Part shown: positions 59,401 to 64,000 of the stretch, in pieces
Numbering within the stretch: position 1 is the first letter of the stretch
Layout of the letters: every line of letters starts with the position of its first letter
Source of the DNA: Monocercomonoides exilis PA203
Taxonomy: Eukaryota > Protista > Preaxostyla
Assembly (NCBI GenBank): GCA_001643675.2
Contig: LSRY02000017.1
Location: 1,240,001-1,304,000 of the forward strand
Direction of reading: 5' to 3'
DNA length: 64,000 nt
Notes under the pieces: model-generated
Seen by the model: the letters and a program-made list of their open reading frames with translations, nothing else
Database searches by the model: none
What the model was told of the DNA's origin: nothing
Made by a program: the position numbers and the translations under genes

Positions 59401-62400
59401 GCGGGGAGGGAGGTGACGGATGGGGCGGAAGTCACGTGGAAGATGTGAATGAGCGTTTGAATAGGAATTTACAGCGAGGTCAGTGAATGGAATGCCATTG
59501 GCATCGACACGTGGGGCACGCGGGTCAAAAGTTGGGGAGTGGAGCTTGAGAAAGGCCTGGAGGTGGAGGTAGATGGGGTCGTATATGTTGCCAGATGAGG
59601 AAGAAGATGAAGAAGATGAAGAGAAGCTTTCATCGGATAGGCCAGAAGATGAGTCAGAAGTGGATAAGAGAGACAGCTGTGATGTTGTTGAGAGGAGGGA
59701 AGAAGAGGAAAGAGAGGCAGTTGAGAAAAGGGAAGACATGGAAGATGACTGAAGAAGAGAGGAGGAGGACGAGTGGCTGCTCAGCATAGGAGAGATTGTA
59801 GGGGATGATGGCGGAGAGAGAAGGCCTGCTGAGACAGCCAGACTTTGTGATGAATGCTTAGCTGAAGGAGTGGCAGAAGCAGAAGAAGTTGAAGAAGGTG
59901 TATTTGAATGGATTGTGTGGTGTGCTGCCTTTGGTGATGAAGCAGCCTGGGGAGAAGGAGAAGACTCATGGGAAGGCGGAGACGAGAAGCGGGGCTTGGC
60001 AAAATCAGCCATTTTTGCTCGGATTGAGTCTCTTCTCTTCTGCAGGCGGAGGATGCGCTCCTGCTGGTGCAGCTTGTGCAGGTCCCTTTTCTCCTTCCTC
60101 GCTTTCTTCCACAATCTTCTGTTCTTCTTCTCTTCTCTGTGCACCAAGTGCTCAATGTCAGCCTTCGTAAACAGCCCCGCTTTCCTCCTCTCCTTCGCTT
60201 TGATCCCTTCCAGATCATCCAGATAGTTCTCTATCACTTCGCGAAACAGCCGCTGCTTGTCGTGTCCTGTCTGTGCAAATGCCCCCAGATCCATCCCAAG
60301 CCCCGTCTCGTCGGCTTCTCCTGTGATTGGACGCAGCGGAGCTTCAGACACACTTGCTGCTGGCACAATCACCCCTTCCTTCACAAGTTTCTCATCAATA
60401 GCTTGGCCAATCGAAGACGTCTTGGAATCGGCTGATCCTTGTTCAATAGCCTTCATTCCTTCCTTCTCTCCTCCTCCTCTTCCATCACCTGCTCCTGCTC
60501 CTGTCCCTGCTCCCTCTTTCCCCATGAAGCTCCACAATTCCTCCACTGCTCTGTCTGCTGGCGTGCGCGACAGCTGCCACTCTCTGCACAGCACAGCCAC
60601 TGCATGCAGCGCCGGCAGATGGGCAATGCTCAACGGGGCACAGGGAAGCTCTTTGATCTGCCGAGAAATCTTCTTCTGCTTGCTGATCCTGCCAAAGAAC
60701 AAAAACTTCTCCACAAACCCGATCCAGGCAAGGGTGGGGCGGGGAGGAGGGGAAGGAGGGGTTGGTAGAGGAGGAGGAATGATTGAGGTGGCAGAAGAAC
60801 TCGAGCGGTGGGGCAGCGGTTGGTGGGAGAAGGGGATGCCGGCAGTGGCGTTGGCACTGGAGGAGACGGTGCCAGCAGCGCTGTGGTGGATGTAGATGCC
60901 TTCTTTCTTCCGGATCTTCACCTCAAACTCCTCCGACAGGTCTTCTTTCTCCGAGTCGCTCTCGTAGAACGGGTCGAGGTCGTTGGCTGCGCAGATCTCT
61001 GCTGTCCGCAGCCTCTCTGTCTCTGCCCCTTCGACCTCCACCTGCATCGGGCAGAGCTTGACGAGCGGGCCGTGGTGGCTGAGGGGCGTCCACGTGATCT
61101 TTCTGAACGTGCTGCTCCACCGGAGCATCGCTGTGTCGTCGTTGTGGAGGAGCACAGAGTTCTTGTTGTCGACTAAAGTGACGGTCTCTCTGCCAGCAAA
61201 GACGTATGAGACAGTCGGAGGTGGAGGCAGCATCATCAGCGCTGAGGAGGAGAGGATGGAAGAGGGGAAGTAGGAGAGCGTGGTGAGTGGCTGGGTGGGT
61301 TTGCTTTCTAAAGAGGGAAGAGAAGAGCCGGGTGTGATTGGGGTGGTGGTGAATGTTGATGATGATTGTGATTTCTTCAATTTTTCTGATTTTGATTCAT
61401 CTTCTTCATTTGTGGGTGTGGTGGATGTGTCTAATCTGCCAGGTGATGATGCATTTGCAGAAGAAGCAGAAGAAGTTGATGATGAAGCTGAAGAAACCGA
61501 TGAAGAAGCCAATAATGACAAAGACGATACAGTCGATGCAAACTCTGGTGAAGACGGGATGGCGTTAAACAGCTTCTTGTTGAGCTCTGTTGTCACAAGC
61601 GGACCACCTGACAGCTCGCTCATCATGTTGCGTGCAGAATTCTTGCTTTCCAATTCAGCAAGTGAAAAAGAAGAAGGCGGAGAATCAAGCAGAAGGGAGA
61701 GGGGGATGATAGAGCACGCCAGCTGCCCGCAGCGGCACCCTACAAGAAGTGCTGCTCCTTCAGCCTCGTCATAGCCATACGGGACAGACCGAACAAGGGC
61801 AGAGAAGCTTGCCAATGTTGAAGAGCGGAGTGAGGCTGAGAGCGGAGATAACCTCCCTGCACCTCCTCTGTAACTGCCAGGAAAAGCAGAAGAGGCGAGA
61901 GAAGGAGAGGAAGAAGCGACCAGCTCGTGGGAGGCGTAGGCGTCGTCGAGGTTGAGTTCGGTATTGACTGTGTTGAGAGAGTGGCTGGCAGATAAAGTGT
62001 CATAAGGTGTGTCGATGTAGTGCTCTTCATCAGAGAAGGGGTTGTTCCGCTCAGCCCAGTCGCAGCGGATCTGCTTGTCGAAAGTGGTGAGCAGGATGGA
62101 GTGTGGGGCGTAATGGCAGGGGAGAACGAAGAGAGGGAAGAGGGAAAGATTCTGTTTGGAGTGGCTGTCTTTGCTGTCGGAGGAGAGAGAGCTGGAACGA
62201 GAGGAAGAAGAAGAGAAGGAAGAAGAAGAAGATGATGATGATGATGATGACGATGATGAAGCAGATGATGAGTTGTATTGTGAGGCTGGGGTGTTCTCGA
62301 TGTAGACAGAGGAATTTGGGGCGACTTCGATGAATCTGCGCGTGGGGATGAAGGCAGACGCAGGCGGCGGCCGAAGAAGCGTTGATCGGTTTGTGTGGAA

Positions 62401-64000
62401 GCGGAGGCTCTGCCCTGGGTTCATTCCTACGTTGTGATGGGAGTAGATGGGATGGATGGAGAATAAAGAAATGAGAAAGAGAGAAAGAGAAAGAGAAAGG
62501 AGAGATAACAAAATACAAATAGAAATAGCAAAGATCAAAGATAAATAAATAAAAAAATGATAAATATGAAGATGAATAAATAATAATAATAAAATACTCC
62601 AATAATCGTCTCTGGCCTTCTGCAGGAGCGGGAGCCTGTCTTTGCTCTCCACTCTGAAGATGATGACACAGGGTGGCGATATGCACCCAGCTATCACAAA
62701 TGACCGCCCACACACAGTGGCTGTGGAAAGAGCAGAGACAGTAGAGGGAAGTCGGAGCGTGGCAATCTGTGTGAGAGAAGGAGGGATGCTTGTGATGTTT
62801 CTCTTGGAGGAGGATGAGGAAGAAGAAGAAGAGGAGGAGGAAGGTTTGTCTTTGCCTTTCTCTCTCCTCCTCGATGAAGAAGAAGAAGACGATGATGATA
62901 TACTCTTCGATCCATCACCCCCCGTTTTCTCCTCCTTCGTGTAGCCAGGCCTCCACGTGAGCACAAACATCGTCGACAGAAAGGAAGCAGCCACCACATT
63001 GTCTGAGGCAGAGGCCAAGCTCAGCTCGAGTGCCCCGATGCGCCCAGGGGCTGGTGTGTGGCCAGCATTGAGACTGCGCAGCTGAGACTCAGTGAAGACT
63101 AAGGGGGGCTTCCAGGTGATGACAGAGGAGATGTCAGCGCCGATGGCTTCGGGGATGAAAATCTGGGGAGGGAAGAGAGGGGAGAAGGGGGTGGCGGATG
63201 AACGGGTGGAACGAGAAGAAGAGGAAGAAGAAGGAGAGGAAGAAATAGATGATGAGGAAGATAATGATGAGGATGAGGAAGAAGATGAAGGAGTAGGAGA
63301 AGGAGAAGGTGTAGATGAGTCAGAAGAATCAGGAAGTTCGGGAAGATAATCAAGAGGAGTTGTATTGTGTGATGCGAGTGAGGAGACAAAAGATGACACG
63401 AGCGAAGGTGTTGATGTGGCTGAGGCAACAAGAGAGACAGAAAGATGGCGAGAAGAAGAAGACGATGAGGAAGAAGAGGAAGAAGATGCAACTGCACAAG
63501 AAGAGCCCAATGCTCCACCACCACCACCAGGAGAGGAAGAAGCTATTTTCTGCATTCTTGCTGCAAGGTGGATGAGAGCAAGCGACGACGGCGACAGTGA
63601 CGAGAGGAGTGAATATGGTGGGGTTATCCTCGATCGAGTGGATGTCTTTGACTTCTTCGCTATTCTGAGCATCGGATAATCTCCTTCCTCTTCCTGCTCC
63701 TGTTCTTCTTTCTCCATCAGTGCGATCGCATCAAACGACGCCATCCCGTCTCTTATGAGCGACTGCATCGCCTCGTCCTGCAGAGCAGCCTGCAGCGAGA
63801 TCTGTCTGAAGCTCACGGTCGGAATGATCCGGATCTCCCCCACTGTCACCTGCGCCATTGCACCTTGTATTCCAGTCAGCGCCAGCGTCCTTCTTGTGCC
63901 ATCAATGCCGAGTGTAGCTGCATCGACCAAGTCAACTTTCTCTGGGTGCAGTGAAAAGAGCATAGACACACTCTGCCGCACCTCTGCCTGGAACAGGATC
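50405..64000 (-). CDS. DDB1: DDB1-like beta-propeller protein (DDB1/CPSF160/SF3B3 family), massively expanded; 5'-truncated; intron 62427-62597; 1-nt frameshift at ~57960
   Basis: Ordered matches to DDB1 as recalled: AQVTVGEIRII (IQITSASVRLV), WKPP, ASASDNVVAA, APHSILLTTFD (IPRSILMTTFE), LLVGCRCGQL, YVFAG, FGRISKQKKISRQIKELPCAP ([21 protein letters not shown]), VGGVQSIVAH..LLVAVNGKSV (KGAVYSMVEF..LLASINSTV). Confidence 0.75.
57948..58005. repeat. (CCT)n / (GGA)n microsatellite with a single-base phase break at 57960/57961
   Basis: ...cctcctcctc|tcctcctcct... Confidence 0.9.

Noticed and set aside
50776-63679. Many overlapping plus-strand and alternate-frame ORFs (poly-Glu, poly-Leu)
   Set aside because: Shadows of the poly-Ser codon tracts in the real minus-strand gene.
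1-64000. Genome-wide UAR=Gln code; CRISPR array; TnpB/Fanzor; tRNA/rRNA
   Set aside because: Conserved genes terminate at TAA/TAG/TGA with long stop-free ORFs; no repeat-spacer array, RuvC motifs or structural RNA signatures seen.

Overview
AT-rich, intron-rich eukaryotic DNA read with the standard genetic code. The Ser-rich inflated proteins, GTNTG splice donors and an expanded family of helical hypothetical proteins suggest an oxymonad such as Monocercomonoides; this is an inference. Two gene-dense blocks flank an accessory island. The left block (1-18.4 kb) holds the 3' part of a Pumilio/PUF gene, a 2xRRM protein, a ~1770-aa protein starting with an MDH1B-type N-terminal domain, a catalytically degenerate SIR2-like gene and ATG10. 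The island (18.5-34.4 kb) opens with a ~5-kb stack of TA-targeting DNA transposons, mostly joined end-to-end through single shared TA dinucleotides: a 1-kb near-perfect foldback element, an intron-containing pogo DD35D element, three ~263-bp MITEs and a CAGT-ended element with a nested foldback. Two paralogs of a lineage-expanded family and decayed gene remnants follow. The right block (34.5-64 kb) holds RPS24, a coiled-coil protein, an RPP40-like gene, NUF2, a divergent actin-like gene, a family-16 methyltransferase with an in-frame TAA, a ~1520-aa unknown and a hugely expanded DDB1-like gene with a 1-nt frameshift in a (GGA)n tract. All exon structures and homologies were inferred by eye; no searches were run.
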